Source: Camelus dromedarius (lineage: Eukaryota). Taken from it: a stretch of DNA of 64,000 nucleotides. Every line of letters starts with the position of its first letter. Position 1 is the stretch's first letter. The notes below the pieces were generated by a model, which saw only the letters and a program-made list of their open reading frames with translations, did no database searches and was not told the DNA's origin. The position numbers and the translations under genes are program-made. Of the stretch, positions 34,590 through 47,738 are shown piece by piece. The stretch covers positions 64,296,001 through 64,360,000 of the forward strand of contig NC_087437.1 in the NCBI RefSeq assembly GCF_036321535.1, written 5' to 3'.

Positions 34590-35634
34590 CTGTTACAATC
34601 AGTGTTGCAAAAACCATCCTTGTAAGTGTACAACTATAATGGCAGAATGAAGTCCTAAAAATATAATTGCTCCATGAGTAATTTGATAGATTGTCCAACT
34701 TATTGTGGAACATCACTTTACACCTTCTAGTTTTATGTCTCTCTCTTTTAGAGGCAATTCTCCAGTTTTAGTGGTGGGGCTTATTCTGTGGGAGAGAGAA
34801 TCAGTCAAGGTGATTTGTGTTCCTCCATCTCCAAGGAGCTCCCTTCTCTCCCCCTACCCACAGTCCCAGTCCCCCAGGCACCTGGTCAGACCCCTTTAAG
34901 GGCCCCATCATACCTGTTCTTCTTTTGCTATCCAAACCTGTCTGCCCAATGTCCTAGGTTTTCTGGGTCCCTCTTAAGTACTAACTGGGTAAACAGAATC
35001 CAGCTCCAGTGTGACTGGTGGATAGTGCATTATAATTAAGGCTTTCAAGGCCTCACACCAAGGAATTAAGTAAGGCTGGGACTTTTAGGAACTATACTTG
35101 GAGAGTGAGACAGACATTTTGGGCAGAGAGATTCCCAAAGCCCTCTACATCAAAGCTGCCTGGGACACTACGACCCTCTTTTGTTCTACCCCTTTCTTGA
35201 TTTTCAAGAGTCAGGAAAAAGTCTGAGGTTCCTGGAATTCCCTTGGCTCCCTCCTGACCCTCCACTCCTGGTACATTCATCTGGGCAAGGAGTGGGGTCC
35301 CTCCTGCTGCTTAAAGCATCTTTTCCCCCCTGTTTTTTTTTGGGGGGGAGCATCTTTTTCAATGTAAAGAGTTCCTATGTTCTCTTAATTTTCATTTTAA
35401 TGTCTGTATAGGACCATGATCCTAGTAGTGACATAAAGGCTGTAATTTTTACTTGACTTGTGGGAGGGGCTCGGGACAAGCAAGCATTGGGAAGACCACA
35501 GTTCAATCTCAGTCCCAGGGAACAATGCTCAAATGATTGAGACCTTTCAAGTCCATTATTCCTGAGTCTCTGAAACAGTCCCACCCTGACTCCAGTCCTC
35601 TTCCCAAGAGACAAGCAATGTTAGGCTGGTCTTT

Positions 35635-35748
35635 TTTGGGGGGTAGGGGGTAATTACATTAATTTTTTTGGTGGACATGCTGGGATTGAACCCAGGACCT
35701 CATGCATGCTAGGCATGAACTCTACCACTGAGCTATACCCTCTCCCCC
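35635..35748 (-). mobile_element. tRNA-derived SINE (vic-1-like) with TSD
   Basis: TSD ttaggctggtcttt / ttgggctggtcttt; A box TAGCTCAGTGG, B box GGTTCAATCC on - strand. Confidence 0.85.
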
Positions 35749-36917
35749 ATCTTGGGCTGGTCTTTACACAAGGATGGCCACTGATTGGGTCCACCTGCCA
35801 TCGAGTGGCCTGGTATGAAGGATTCTGTCTACAGCCCAGAGGAAAATGAGCTAAACCAATCAGATTGTCTTCTGTGGGATCTGGGCTGAAGAATGAAGAG
35901 AAGATTGGCCAGTAGCAATGGAAGAAAGGAGCAGACACGCTACTGGGCTGGCTGAGGGACTGTGAGGGAAGGCTGGCTTTCCTGGCTCCAGTCCATATAA
36001 CCAATCCTATGACCTTGTGACTATAGCTAGAGTAATTGTGATTCTCGTATCTGGAGGAGCACACCCTCTCGTGGACATGTGGGTGCGGCTCAGAACTCTC
36101 CTGGCCCGTGTTCTCTTCCACCTCCTCCATCCTCCCAAGTACCCTGCCGAGGAGATTCTCCACCCACAGGGTGCAAGATTGTCTGTGCCTGTGATCTTTA
36201 CCCCTAAATCTCTTTCAGAGAAAAGAAGAGTTTGATACGTCCATGTTTGCCATGTGCACCATATCCGGGACCAGTCAGTCCAAGTGCTGATGTAAATGCA
36301 CTTTCTGAGCGTGTTATCCCCCTGCTTCCAGGAGCACGCCCAGTCCTCACCAGCACCAGGCGGCCACCGCTGGTTCTTTTATGGAAGGGAGCGCGGTGGC
36401 TACTTTCAGTAGTAGTAGTAGTGTTCCTTTTTTCTTTTAACCACATGCTTTCTGAAAGCATTTTGAAAAATTTAGTTACACCCTCACAATTGTTATGTTG
36501 ACATCTAGAATTTTACCTCATAGCTTAAAGAGCTGCAAAGGGTGACATTTCCGACATATTGCAATATTTAAAAATAAAACTATTCTTTTAAATGTAACTA
36601 ATAGCATCTAAAAAGCATAGCATTAAAAAAAAAAAACAGGAAGAAACAGTTGGAAAATTTACACTGTTTTTACTCTTTGTATATATTCCACTTCCCCAAC
36701 AGAATTTTATCCTAATGTAATATATTTTTATTCTTGAACGTCTCTTATTGTTCTCACTATCATATTTCTCTCAACTAAAATATATATGTGAATTGAAATG
36801 TTAATTTAAAAGATTTCCTATAAGTTAAAAAATTATTTGGTATTGAGGTATTATGATTATTATTAACATCAAACATCACAGAGATACTTGAATTTTGACA
36901 ATTATTAAACATAAAGT

Positions 36918-37050
36918 GAGGGGAAGATATAGATCAGTGGTAGAGTTTGTGTTTAGCATGCACAAAGTCTAGGGTTCAATCCCCAGTACCTCCATTAAAA
37001 CAAATAAATAAATAAACCTAGTTACCCACCCCTCCCCCCCCAAACCTCAA
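36918..37050 (+). mobile_element. tRNA-derived SINE (vic-1-like)
   Basis: ggggaagatatagatcagtggtagag...gggttcaatcccc...(aaat)n tail. Confidence 0.8.
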
Positions 37051-37269
37051 AAATGTAAAGTTAAATTTTAGAGACCAGCAGTTTAGAATAAATGTTATTT
37101 ATCACTAGAATGAGGACGATTAACAGCAGACAGAGTGAGAGTGTTAAGACGACAAAGTGTGCATCAATGATTGCTGTCAAGTGCGTTATTTTCAGAAGAA
37201 TCCATAGTGCACTCCTCCTGGAGTGTGGACGTTGGAATCTATGGTGGGAATTAAAAACTACAGAGAAGT

Positions 37270-38470
37270 TGGGAAAGATAATGAGAAGCCTGGCACCCAA
37301 GTAAAAGATGAATATGGATTTATGGAATTTGGTAATCTTTGGACAAAATTTAATAAAAACAACAAAACTTTTCTAAGAAGAATATCTTCATGAGCTTGGA
37401 GTAGGCAAGGATCTGATATGACACCTGAAGCACCATCTGTAAAAGAAAATATTGACAAATTGTACTTCATAAAAATAAAAAATACTTCTCTTTGAAAGAT
37501 GCTGTTAAGGGTTAAAAGATAATCCACAGGTGAGGAGAAAATACTGGCAAATCCAGAATATACAGAGAACTATCAAAATGAAATATAAGACAACAAAGAA
37601 CTTAATAATAAATGAGCAAAAGTTTTGAAGAGACTCTTCACCAGAGAAGATTTATGAATGGCAAGTTAACATGTGGAAAATTGATCAACATCATTTGCTA
37701 TTAGAAAAATGCTAATTAAACCACAAGGAGATACCATAACGCACTATTAAAATGGCTAAAGTTGAAAAGGCTGATCATCCCAAGTGTGATGAAGATGTGG
37801 AAAAAATGAAACTCTCCTACATGCTAGTGAGAATGGAAAATGGAAAAACTACTTTGGAAAACAGTTTGGCAGTTTCTTAAATAGTTAAACATGCACTTAC
37901 TGTATAATCCAGACATTCCACTCCTAGGTATTTCCCCCAGGGAGAAGAAAGTATATGTTCACACAAAGACTTAGACACAAATGTTCATAGCACTTTTATT
38001 TGTAAGGGTCCAAAACTGGGCATAGTTCAAATACCCATAACCAGGTGAATAGATAAATAAATTGTGGTATAACCATACAATGGATGTACACAGTAATAAA
38101 AAGGAGCAAAATATTGCTACTTGCAGCAACGTGAATGAGTATCAAAATTATTATGCCAGAGTGAAAGAAGCTAGACAAAAAGAAAGGGCATCTGTCTACT
38201 GTCTACTGCATTATTCCACTTACACACAATTCTAGAAAATGAAAACTTACCCATAGTGGCAGAAGGCAGAGGCAGCTTGCCGAGGGATGGGGTGTGGTGA
38301 CAGAGGAGGTGGAGGGAAGGGTGTCAAAAGGGGTGATAGGTAAATTCACTTATTCTGAGGGTGGTGATGGTTTCATGGGTGTGTACATGTGTTAAAACTT
38401 GTATGGTACACTTCAAATATGTGAGGCTAGCTGCATGTCAATGCTACCTCAGTAAATCTGTTAAAAAGTG
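37270..38470 (+). mobile_element. Old L1 (L1MB/MC-type) ORF2 end and 3'UTR
   Basis: actttggaaaacagtttggcagtttctt, ccactcctaggtattt, acacaaatgttcatagca. Confidence 0.85.
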
Positions 38471-39119
38471 AGAATAAATGTCTGAGAAAATATAAAATAC
38501 TAACTTAGCTCTTACAATGTTTCCTTTACTTGAAGTGCACTATTCACCTGTCTGAGGTGCATTGGGAAATCTCTTCCTTCTCCTTTTTGAAATGTTCTCA
38601 AGTTTGCCCCTGGGGCCCACGTGGAGGGCTGGGTGGAAAAAAACATTCTCAAAGCTCTTCCTCCAGCTGAGAGTGCGGAAGAGGCAGAGAGGATGAGCTT
38701 CCAAAGCAGCGTGCTCTACTGCAAGCTGGAACATTCTAAGACAGATACAGTTAGATAAGGCTGCAGCCTTGCTGTGCACGCGTCATGTGGGAGAAACAAG
38801 GTCCTGCCACCTCCGACGTTTCTCACTGCTGTTCAACTTGCTTTGCTTTCTTGGAACTCTCCCTCAGGACTTCGGTGATCTCTGATGGTAGTTAGGGAAT
38901 GGAAAAGGCGAGGTTCTGAAACCACAATTATCATCCTTCCTGCTCCCCTGCTCTGCACTACATCTGAATTCTGAGCACCTCAACTTGAGTCCAAGCACCC
39001 CACTTAGAATGCTACATTGTCTGTAGCAGAAATACATGTAAAAAAGGGAGAGATGTGAAGTGCTACCCTGAGTTCATGGTAACCTGTTACAGGAGGTATT
39101 GTGGACACATATACTTTTC

Positions 39120-39900
39120 TTCCATTTTTATTGAGATATGATTGACTTATAGCATATACATCATGCAATAGTCACCACAATAAGGTTAGTGAACATCCAT
39201 CATCTCATATAGAGACATTAAAGAAGTAGAAAATTTTTTTTCTTATGATGAGAACTTAGGATTTACTCTCAACAACTTTCACATGTAACATACAGCAATG
39301 TTCATTATATTTATCATGTTGTATATTGCATCCCTGGTACTTATATATCTTATAATTGGAAGTTTGTATCTTTTGACTACCTTCATCCAATTCCCCCTCC
39401 CCCCTGCCTCACAAATCTAATCTCTTTTTCTATGAGTTTTTTCACTTTTGAAGTATAATGGATCTTCAACACTATGTTGTTCCTGATGCACATGATAGCA
39501 ATTCTATGTTTCAGCATGTTACAAAGTGATCACCCTGGTAAGTCTAGTTACTATCTGTCACCACACAAAGATATTACATAGCTATTGAGTATGTATTCCC
39601 TACCCCTGTACACTTCATACCCGTGACTCATTTACTTTTTAACTAGAAGTTTGTACCTCTTAATCTCCCTCATCTATTTCTCTCCTTCTCTCTGGCAACC
39701 ACATTTTTGTTCTTTATATCTAGGACTCTGTTTGGCTACGTTTATTCATTTGTTTTGTTTCTTAGATTCCGCATATAAATGAAATCACAGTCTTTGTCTT
39801 TCTTTGATCTGTCTACTTAGTATAAAACCCTCAGGGTCCATCCATATTGTCCCAAATGGTATGATTTCATTATTTTTAATGGCTGAGTGATATTCCATTA
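39120..39900 (-). mobile_element. L1 3' end followed by (CA)n at 39900-39952
   Basis: L1MA9-like 3'UTR text. Confidence 0.8.
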
Positions 39901-39954
<54 letters not shown>

Positions 39955-40269
39955 TACATATGACACATGTATTTTTAATTGTCCTTCCTCCTCCCCCACC
40001 TCCTTTTTTGGCAGTGGGGAGGCTTTTACATCCCAGGACCTCCATAGTAGTATTGCTAAGTGTGAGAGAGATACCTCTCATTTATAAGGTTGGAAAAGGA
40101 CAAATCTGAGAGGGGAGGTGGGGAAGCAGAACCCAGCTGTGACTTCAAGTCAGCAGGAGCTGTCTCAGGGAGTTCCAGGAAAGGCAGTACTCAGTTCCCT
40201 TAAATCTATCCTGCTGTGAACCTCTTGCCCTCACATGCCATGGTCTGAAGGCCCCTGATACAGAGGAAT

Positions 40270-40737
40270 TGTTACTAACCAGGACCTTGGACTCTTTAAT
40301 CAATAGAAATTGTTAAGAGGCCAGATGAGAATCCTAGCAAGGCTTTACTGAGGCTCGTGCTGCAGCAGGAGGCAGTGAAAACAAGTAACAGGTGCCCTCA
40401 CTCACTCTGGGAGAGGAGCTGCTTGCGTCCTTAAAGTGGGGAAGAACAGGGGTGGGTCTGTGGGTTGGGCGGAAGGCGTAGCTTCAGTGGTCTACCCATC
40501 CTCCTGGTGGTGCTGTGTGCTGGGATCATGTACAGGGTACCCTGTTTTTGCACCCTACCCCTCAGAAATGGCAGTTGGGCTTTGGCCTGTTTGTATCTTA
40601 TTGTTCATAATTGCCCGGACTGCAGGTGGATGCAGTTATTTTTAGTCCCATTAATTTCTTTGCATTTTGTTGCTCAAGGAGATGTTTGTCCAGGTGCAAG
40701 CACTCAGGTAAGTGGTCCCAGGTCCCAACTTATCTCA
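40270..40737 (-). mobile_element. Solo ERV LTR, same family as 13995-14399
   Basis: TG...CA termini, near-TSD gaat/ggat, shared sequence. Confidence 0.8.
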
Positions 40738-40906
40738 GGATGACCCTGGAATTTTGAATTCTAGACCCACCATTTACCAGCTGTGTGGGATGTGAGGTGG
40801 GAGCAGTGACACTTACCTTGCAGGACTGTTGTGAAGAGTAAATTGATTCTGGAACAGGGCCTTGTACAAAGGCTGGCAATGCAAATACACTGCTCTGGGG
40901 AAAACT

Positions 40907-40908
<2 letters not shown>

Positions 40909-40938
<30 letters not shown>
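40909..40938. repeat. (TG)n microsatellite
   Basis: Direct observation. Confidence 0.9.
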
Positions 40939-40941
<3 letters not shown>

Positions 40942-41269
40942 ATGTAAGTAGAGCCTTACCCAGGATCTACTGCCTCCTGGTGGGAGCCCACCTCTTCCCG
41001 CTTCCCCCCATCTCCCAGCCACAGCCGGGGCTCAGATACAGCTCCTGGCTCACTACCTATTTGACCTTGGGCAATTTGTTCTTCTTATGCAAAATGGAGC
41101 TAATAATAGAACCTACTCTGGGTTTACTGTGAGGGCTGAAGCATGGAAAGTGCTTATAACAGTATCAGACACATAGCACGAACCCAAAGTTGTTACCATT
41201 GTTACTGAGCTAAGCACGGAGGTTAGGTTTGTTTCTGCAATGAGTCACTGGGATGTCAAAGAAAATATG

Positions 41270-41712
41270 TGTCGACTGAAAAAAATGCACAACCTGAAAG
41301 TTGAGCATTATGTTTTATTCCGCGGAATTTCTGAGGACTTAAGCCCAGAAGACAGCCTCTCAGATGGCTCTGAAGGACTGCTCCAAAGCAGTAAGGGAGG
41401 AGCCAGGCTATATAGACGTTTTGCAACAAAAACCAGGTAGTTGGAATATCAAAAGACTGCTGTTAATTAAAGAAAACAAGGCATCTCAGGTTAATGAATT
41501 CGGTGCTCTTCTATGTATGAGAAAATTCAAGAGTCTGGGCTCATTGAAATTATTCCTTTGATAGGCACCTTAGTGATCTAGGGCCAGTATCCTGTTTTCC
41601 TAGATCCAGAATCCCTTTAAGGTGCAGAGACGGGTGTGGCTGCAGTAACTGCTGGCTTGATGGCCACACATCTTTGGTTACCGATATGGCAGGGGATATT
41701 TTTTTATCCACA
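41270..41712 (-). mobile_element. Solo ERV1-type LTR
   Basis: TG...CA termini with perfect 4-bp TSD tatg (41266-41269, 41713-41716); minus-strand AATAAA and TATA. Confidence 0.85.
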
Positions 41713-43319
41713 TATGGAAAGTATGGTCTTGAGCTTCACAAAAACTACTTTGTTGGCAAAATTCCAAAATATGCCCTAACTTCCTTCGGGGAACAAATGA
41801 TACTAGTCCAGTAAGTTACACATGAAACAGCTCTGTAAGACACCACTGGTGAAAAAAAATAAAGTCTCCCATATAGGTCCTTTTCATCTCCATTTATCTG
41901 AACTTGAGAATTTCCATCCTTGCCTTCATCCCTTCACCCAAGATGGCTGTTCTCTTGCTCTCTGTAGATCATCTGGTCAACCAGCCCCAGCTTCATCTAC
42001 ACCCTACTCACATAACTGACCTTTATACATACTTGCCCCCAGCTAGTGGTTGTTCTAATCCGCCAGCATAGCTCATCAAAGGGGCAGTGAAGGGCGGGCT
42101 CCTCTACTGGTTTCCCTGGTAACCAATGAGCCAACCTGATATCAATCTCCCCTATAAGTGGTAACCTCCCCCTCCAGCTCCTGTGAGAGCGAAGCCTACC
42201 GCCATGTCCTGCCCACAGTCGGCTGCATACATGGGGTGTTTCTCCAGGACCTTGCTTCAGACATGTAAGGTTTCCCCAACCATTAAACCACTGGTGTGGT
42301 TTTGCCAACACTGGGCTCCTTCTTTCACCTTGAAGCTGGGCAAGTACAGGGCTTGTAGGCCTCGGGTGCAGCCCAAAAATTGGCCGAGCAGCCAGGGGAC
42401 CCAGGAAACTCCTGTGAGCGCCGAGTTGTCAGGGAAGAAGGACGTGGAATGGAAAGTTGCCAGGGGGCGTCCACTAATGTGTGGGGTCTGAGAGTTGCAG
42501 GGGTGGTACTGCATGCAAGTTCACGTGCCCATGTAAAATGAAGCCAAACAAACCGAAAGGCTGAAGTTTGGAGCAGAGAAAAGTTTACTGCAGGGCCAAG
42601 CAAGAACGCCTGGCTCGTGCTCAAAAAAACCCAAACTCACTGATGGTTTTCGGGGAGAAGTTTTTAAAGGCAAAATTTGGGGTTAGGGCTGCAGGGTGTG
42701 TGACTTTCTTCCAATTGGTTGATGGTGAGGTAACAGGCGGTGTTCCAGGAATCTTGTGCTCAGCCTGAAGTTGCCATCCTTCACCTGGGTGGAGGTCTTG
42801 GTTCCTGCTGAAGCACTCAAAGACACTGTTATACATATTCCTTTAGGAGGAACCAGGACCTTGCCTCATGGCTGCACTGTTGTTACTTGATTGCTCCTCC
42901 TGTTTCCGCATCCCCTCCCTTTCCTGATTAGCAACTGTTTGAATCTGCCTCTTGGAACTGAGGACGGTGTAGGAGGCTGAAGCCTTTATCCTGCAAATAA
43001 GAAAAGGTGGACACAGAAAGGCTTCTGTGCCCAGAAGGGCCCCAAAGGGTCCTGCTCAGTTTCATTTTCCTCTTTCCTTTGACATTCCTCAGTCTTAAGC
43101 TGAAAAAGATTATGATAAGCTTGGGGTAGGTAGGAATGCTTAAGGGCCAGTAAGGGAAATTAAGGGAGGAGAAGGAAAAGGAAACAAGCCTTTCAGGGTT
43201 GGTTGCTATTTTGTTGGGTTCTCCATTATCAATTATCCATTCCATAGTCTGGTGGGGAAAGGGGCAATGACCACTCTGGCTACTGATGATGACCTGAGGT
43301 GACCATGGAATGGAACTAA

Positions 43320-45135
43320 TCAACTTGGGACTGGAAGTATTCTCCAGCCCCTGGCTGGGCACAAACTGTACAATATGAGGACATTACTCCCTTTTTTGAT
43401 GGCCCTGTCACAACACCTAGAAAAGCCCTTGAAAATTAGTAGACATACTGCAATAAGGATGAGGGTCAAAACGCATCCTTGTAGAATCCCCCAGAAAAGG
43501 GCCCCCACCCTGGACGGCAACCATGAGAACAGATCTTGTCGTACATCCTGTGACCAAATGACCCTTGGGATTATTCTACTTATTCGAGTTTCAACTTCTG
43601 CGGTATTTCTGTATGTGCAGCATGTGTTGTTAGCCACTTGTTTGGCCAAGAGAAAACCTAGGGCAACTCTGCTATCAAGAACCACCCGAGCCAATGAATC
43701 TAGAGATGTCTGCCGGGCTGTGATGGTTTTTGCAGTGTCCTCAGTGATCTGTCCAATTGTAGCAGACAGATTACATATCACATCGTTGTTGACATAAACG
43801 CTTGCACTTGGGATGTGGATACCAAGACTACTTTGTCCTATGCTGTCCTCGTATCCTGCCAACATTTCTCTTTTAAAATGTACATAATTCTTAATTAGAG
43901 AGGTAAGATTTTGTGAGCTGTGTACAGAAAGAGGGGTTATAAAATGTCCCAGGAGTCAGGATCCTTCAAGTTGGCAGCTATCTAGGCTTCGGTGTGCCCA
44001 TCCTGGTGTCGGTGGGTCACTTCCTATATCACCAAGATACAACCGGAGGGAGCGCAAGTTATTCCTCCTAAGGTGGTGTTGTTAATGTCTCCTTTTTTCA
44101 GGAGTGCAGAGACTACCCTTTCCAGGCAGGAATGGGATTCATTGCGGGCTTTCTATAGCCCATTAACATGTGTCTGACCTGTTTAACCTTTTAGTGCCGT
44201 CTGGTGTCATTGTGACTCTGAACATTTATCAAGTGTACATTCTGTGGGATTCTGGGCAGCGCATTTCTTTGTGAGAACTACAAGAGATCCAAGAGAGACT
44301 GATAGACCGTTGTCCCACAAGTGGAGATCACTTCAGATAAATTAAGGCAGGGGCTCGGTTATCTTGAGATTCCCCTGGCCAAATGAACCTGAAAGGTGAG
44401 ATTTGGGGGACCAAAATCGTGAAGTCTTGGGTTCTAGCACTGTGTTAAAATCCACTGTTGGAACCACTGAGAGGGAGATATTGAAAGGTTTTGGGAACAA
44501 TTGGGTAAGTTTTCCCCTCTGGCCACACTTTGAGATAGTTTGATTAGAGTGTTTCCTTCCCAGAAAGTGGCTGACACCAGTGTGGCTGTTGCAGGAGAGG
44601 GAAATTTCATGTCCTGGGATACACATGAGTCCCTGCGGCGGACCACCAACTGAAAATTCTTGGCTTCGTTTAGAAAAGAATTCAAGAGTGAGCTAAAGAA
44701 ACAAAGTGAGTTTATTCAGAAAGAAACACACTCCATAGGCAGAATGCATTGAGGCTCAGAAAGTGAGAGCAGCTCCAGGGCATGGGGTTGTTGGTTTTTG
44801 GGGGCTGAGTAATTCCATATGCTAATGAGTGGGAGGAATATTCTTGCTATTTTGGGGAAGGGTCAGGATTTCCCAGGAATTGAGCCATTGCCTGCTTTTT
44901 AGTCTTTTATGGCCCACCCTGGAACTGTCATGGCGTAAGGGGGAGTGACTTTTAGTATGACAACGAAGATATAATGAGCTAAAGGTCAATGACTGGACTG
45001 TTCTGGAAGCCACCTTGGTTCCAGCTGGTTTTTATCACATCCTAACAGCTGTGCCCCCTTATTCATTTGTCCTTTCTATTTAGTGGTTGTGTCCTGCCTG
45101 TCTCATAGTAAAGCAAAGGAGGAGGACAAAATTCA
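43320..45135 (-). pseudogene. ERV env: disrupted signal peptide and SU; open TM ORF 43320-43865
   Basis: TM SLDSLARVVLDSRVALGFLLAKQVANNTCC plus hydrophobic anchor; SU has stops (TGA 43956-43958); N-terminus split by an LTR. Confidence 0.85.
44610..45105 (-). mobile_element. Solo LTR nested in the env signal-peptide region
   Basis: Homologous to 46880-47520 (aaagaattcaagagtgagc, gagtgggagga, ggaactgtc); TG...CA; no clear TSD. Confidence 0.75.
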
Positions 45136-45249
45136 TCATTACTTATCTGGTTGGAGGCTTGGCTCAAAACAGCAGCCAAAGTTCTTCTAATGGCTCACAA
45201 GGCCAAGCTGGTTTTCCCTGTCTCATCCAGTTTCTGTAGGGAATCCAAG

Positions 45250-46760
45250 GCTTCATTCTGGTGAGCCTGACTGAGAGTGGGCAGTGAGGAGGGCCAGTCC
45301 ACCGAGCTCCGAGCTGATCTTCAGGTCCTTTCTCTTTCCACAACTTAAGGAGGACCTACCTGATCACTGGGCTTAAACAGGTGTAGGGTCACGTCATCGG
45401 TGGGGTCCTGTAACTGATTGGAAGCAAACTCATGAACAGAGGTTGACATTTTTCCCAGAACTTTTACATAATTGGCAATGCAATTTCTCTTAACAAGGTG
45501 TGATTGACCCCTCCTGGGGAAACCTGAAATGACCTATGTAAGATTCCAGAGGGGCTCAACTAGAGCCTGCTTGGGGAGATAACCTGAATTCTCAACAGGG
45601 CAACAGGTAGCTCGCAAGTTAGACTAGTGTCTTGACAAATTTTGGCAATTGACTTCTTAAGGGTATGATTCATCTTTTCAGTCTTTCCTGTAGAGTGGGG
45701 TCTCCAAATGTGTGAAGTTTCCATTGGATGCCTAGGGCCTAAGAGACCCCTTGAGTTACTGTGGATATGAACCAAGCCCCGTCGTCACTTGGAAGGGTCG
45801 AATGTAATCCATATTTGGGAATTATTTATTTCAGAAGAGCCACTATGACCTCTGAAGGCTTGTCTGTTTGGGAGGGATATACCTCTACCAACCCAGTGAA
45901 GGTACCCACGAATACTCACAGATGTCAGTGGTGACCAGGACTCTGGGCATCTCAGTGAAATCTGTGTGGCAGTCCTCACAAGGCCCATTTCCTAGGTGTT
46001 GTACCCTGACCTTGGCGGGGGGGTTGGTGTTGACCAGTCTTGGGATTGTTCTTAATGTAGATCAAGCACTTTCGAGCTATTTTCTGAATGACTTGCTACA
46101 ATTTTGGCCCAATCAGATATTTTTGCACCCATTGAAGTGTGGCATCCGTCCATAATGGGTAGTCTCATGTATGTGTTTGAGAACGTCTTCAAGGATGGCC
46201 TGGGGCACTAAAATGACCCCTTCAGCATAACATTTCCATCCCAGTGTTCATGCCAGGCAGAGTCAAATCCCCATTCCTTTGTTCTTTTAAGTCCTGTTCA
46301 GAGTGCTGTGGCCAATAGCTGGGCAAATTAATTTGGGGGAACAAAGGAGCTAACAGCACCTCAAAACTCTCAATTTGATCTGGCTGCTAGCTGATTGACT
46401 CTTGCAGTTGAGGCTTGGCTCCATTGGTGCCCTGGGCAGTGTATTTTTGCCACTTCTATTGGTTCATTTACTGCTTCCAACAGACTCAGGATTTTAGAAG
46501 CATGTTTAATGTCCTTCTCTCCTGCACTCCCCTTTCTTTCCAAATAGCTCCGTGAGCATGAACCACAGAAAAAGCATACCTGAAGTCTAAACGGATGTTG
46601 ACTTGCTTATCCCTTCGGAGCTTCAGGGCTTTGGTAAGGGCAAGGATGTCGGCCTTCTGGGCTGATGTTCTGGCATGCAATGCGTTTGCCTCCACAGCTT
46701 CTTGGTGGGTGATGCTTACCCTGATCCGTGAAGCTGCTTCCATGGGTGAAGAGGGCAATT
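45250..46760 (-). pseudogene. ERV pol remnant (RNase H and integrase)
   Basis: TSAQKADILALTKAL...YAFSVVHAHGAIWKERG (RNase H); HETTHYG (IN zinc finger); PHSTGKTEKMNHTLK (IN core); frameshifts and stops. Confidence 0.85.
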
Positions 46761-46879
46761 CTCAGGGATGGAATTTGAATTTTCCATTATGCCAAAAATG
46801 CAAATATTTACACACACAAGTACAGACTACAAACATGGTCACACAGACAGAAGATCAGATGGGGATAGCCCAGCAATTC

Positions 46880-47520
46880 TGTTGCAAGAAAATGGAATGA
46901 GAGAGGATGTTTGTGTCTCAGGTCTTGGGTGAGTCCCTGGGATGCACTCTGTCAAGTGAGGGTCCTTGGCTTTGTGCAGGAAAGAATTCAAGAGTGAGCC
47001 ATAGTAAAGTGAAAGTAGATTTATTCAGGGAGATGCACACTCCATAGACAGAGTGCAAGCCATCTCAGAAGGTGAGAGGCAGCCCTAGAGCATGGGCTCG
47101 TCTTGAAAGGTGAGATTGGCTTAGGAGATACACATTCCATAGGCAGAATGAGGGCCATCTCAAAAGGTGAGAGGATGCAGGGTTTGAGCTGTTAGTTTTT
47201 ATGGGCTTGGTAATTTCATACACTAACGAGTGGGAGGATTATTCCAACTATTTTGGGAAAGGGGTGGGGATTTTCTGGAATTGGGCTACCACCCAGTTTT
47301 TGGCCTTTTATGGTCAGCCTTGGAACTGTCTTGGCGCCTATGGATATGTCATTTAGCATGCTGATGTATTATAGTGAGCCTATAATGAGGCTCAAGGTCT
47401 ACTGGAAGTCAATCCTTCTGCCATCTTGAGCTTAGTGGGTTCTAATCAGTTTATGTGCTATCCTCAATTGCTGTGTCATTCTTTTAATGGTTGTGTCCTG
47501 CCCTCTTCCCTCTTGTCTCA
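46880..47520 (-). mobile_element. Solo LTR nested in the provirus leader
   Basis: TG...CA with perfect TSD attc (46876-46879, 47521-47524). Confidence 0.85.
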
Positions 47521-47702
47521 ATTCTATTCCTACTCCCAGACAGAGGCCTCCAAATGCGACTGGCCCCTCTCCAAAGGGGAATGGACCTAAAGTGGCTTGC
47601 AATGAGCCTAGAATGGCTCACTCCCTGAAAGAGAAGTGAGCCCAGATGGAGTGGGTAGAATCTTCCCATCTTGCACAAGCCAGAATGGCTCACCCCAAAA
47701 TG

Positions 47703-47738
<36 letters not shown>

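Noticed and set aside
43320..43865. Functional syncytin-like gene
   Set aside because: SU disrupted, signal peptide split, furin site degenerate and CX6CC broken; kept only as a TM-ORF lead
44610..47520. The two related LTRs as ends of one provirus
   Set aside because: 46880-47520 has its own TSD, and the sequence between them is collinear with the outer provirus
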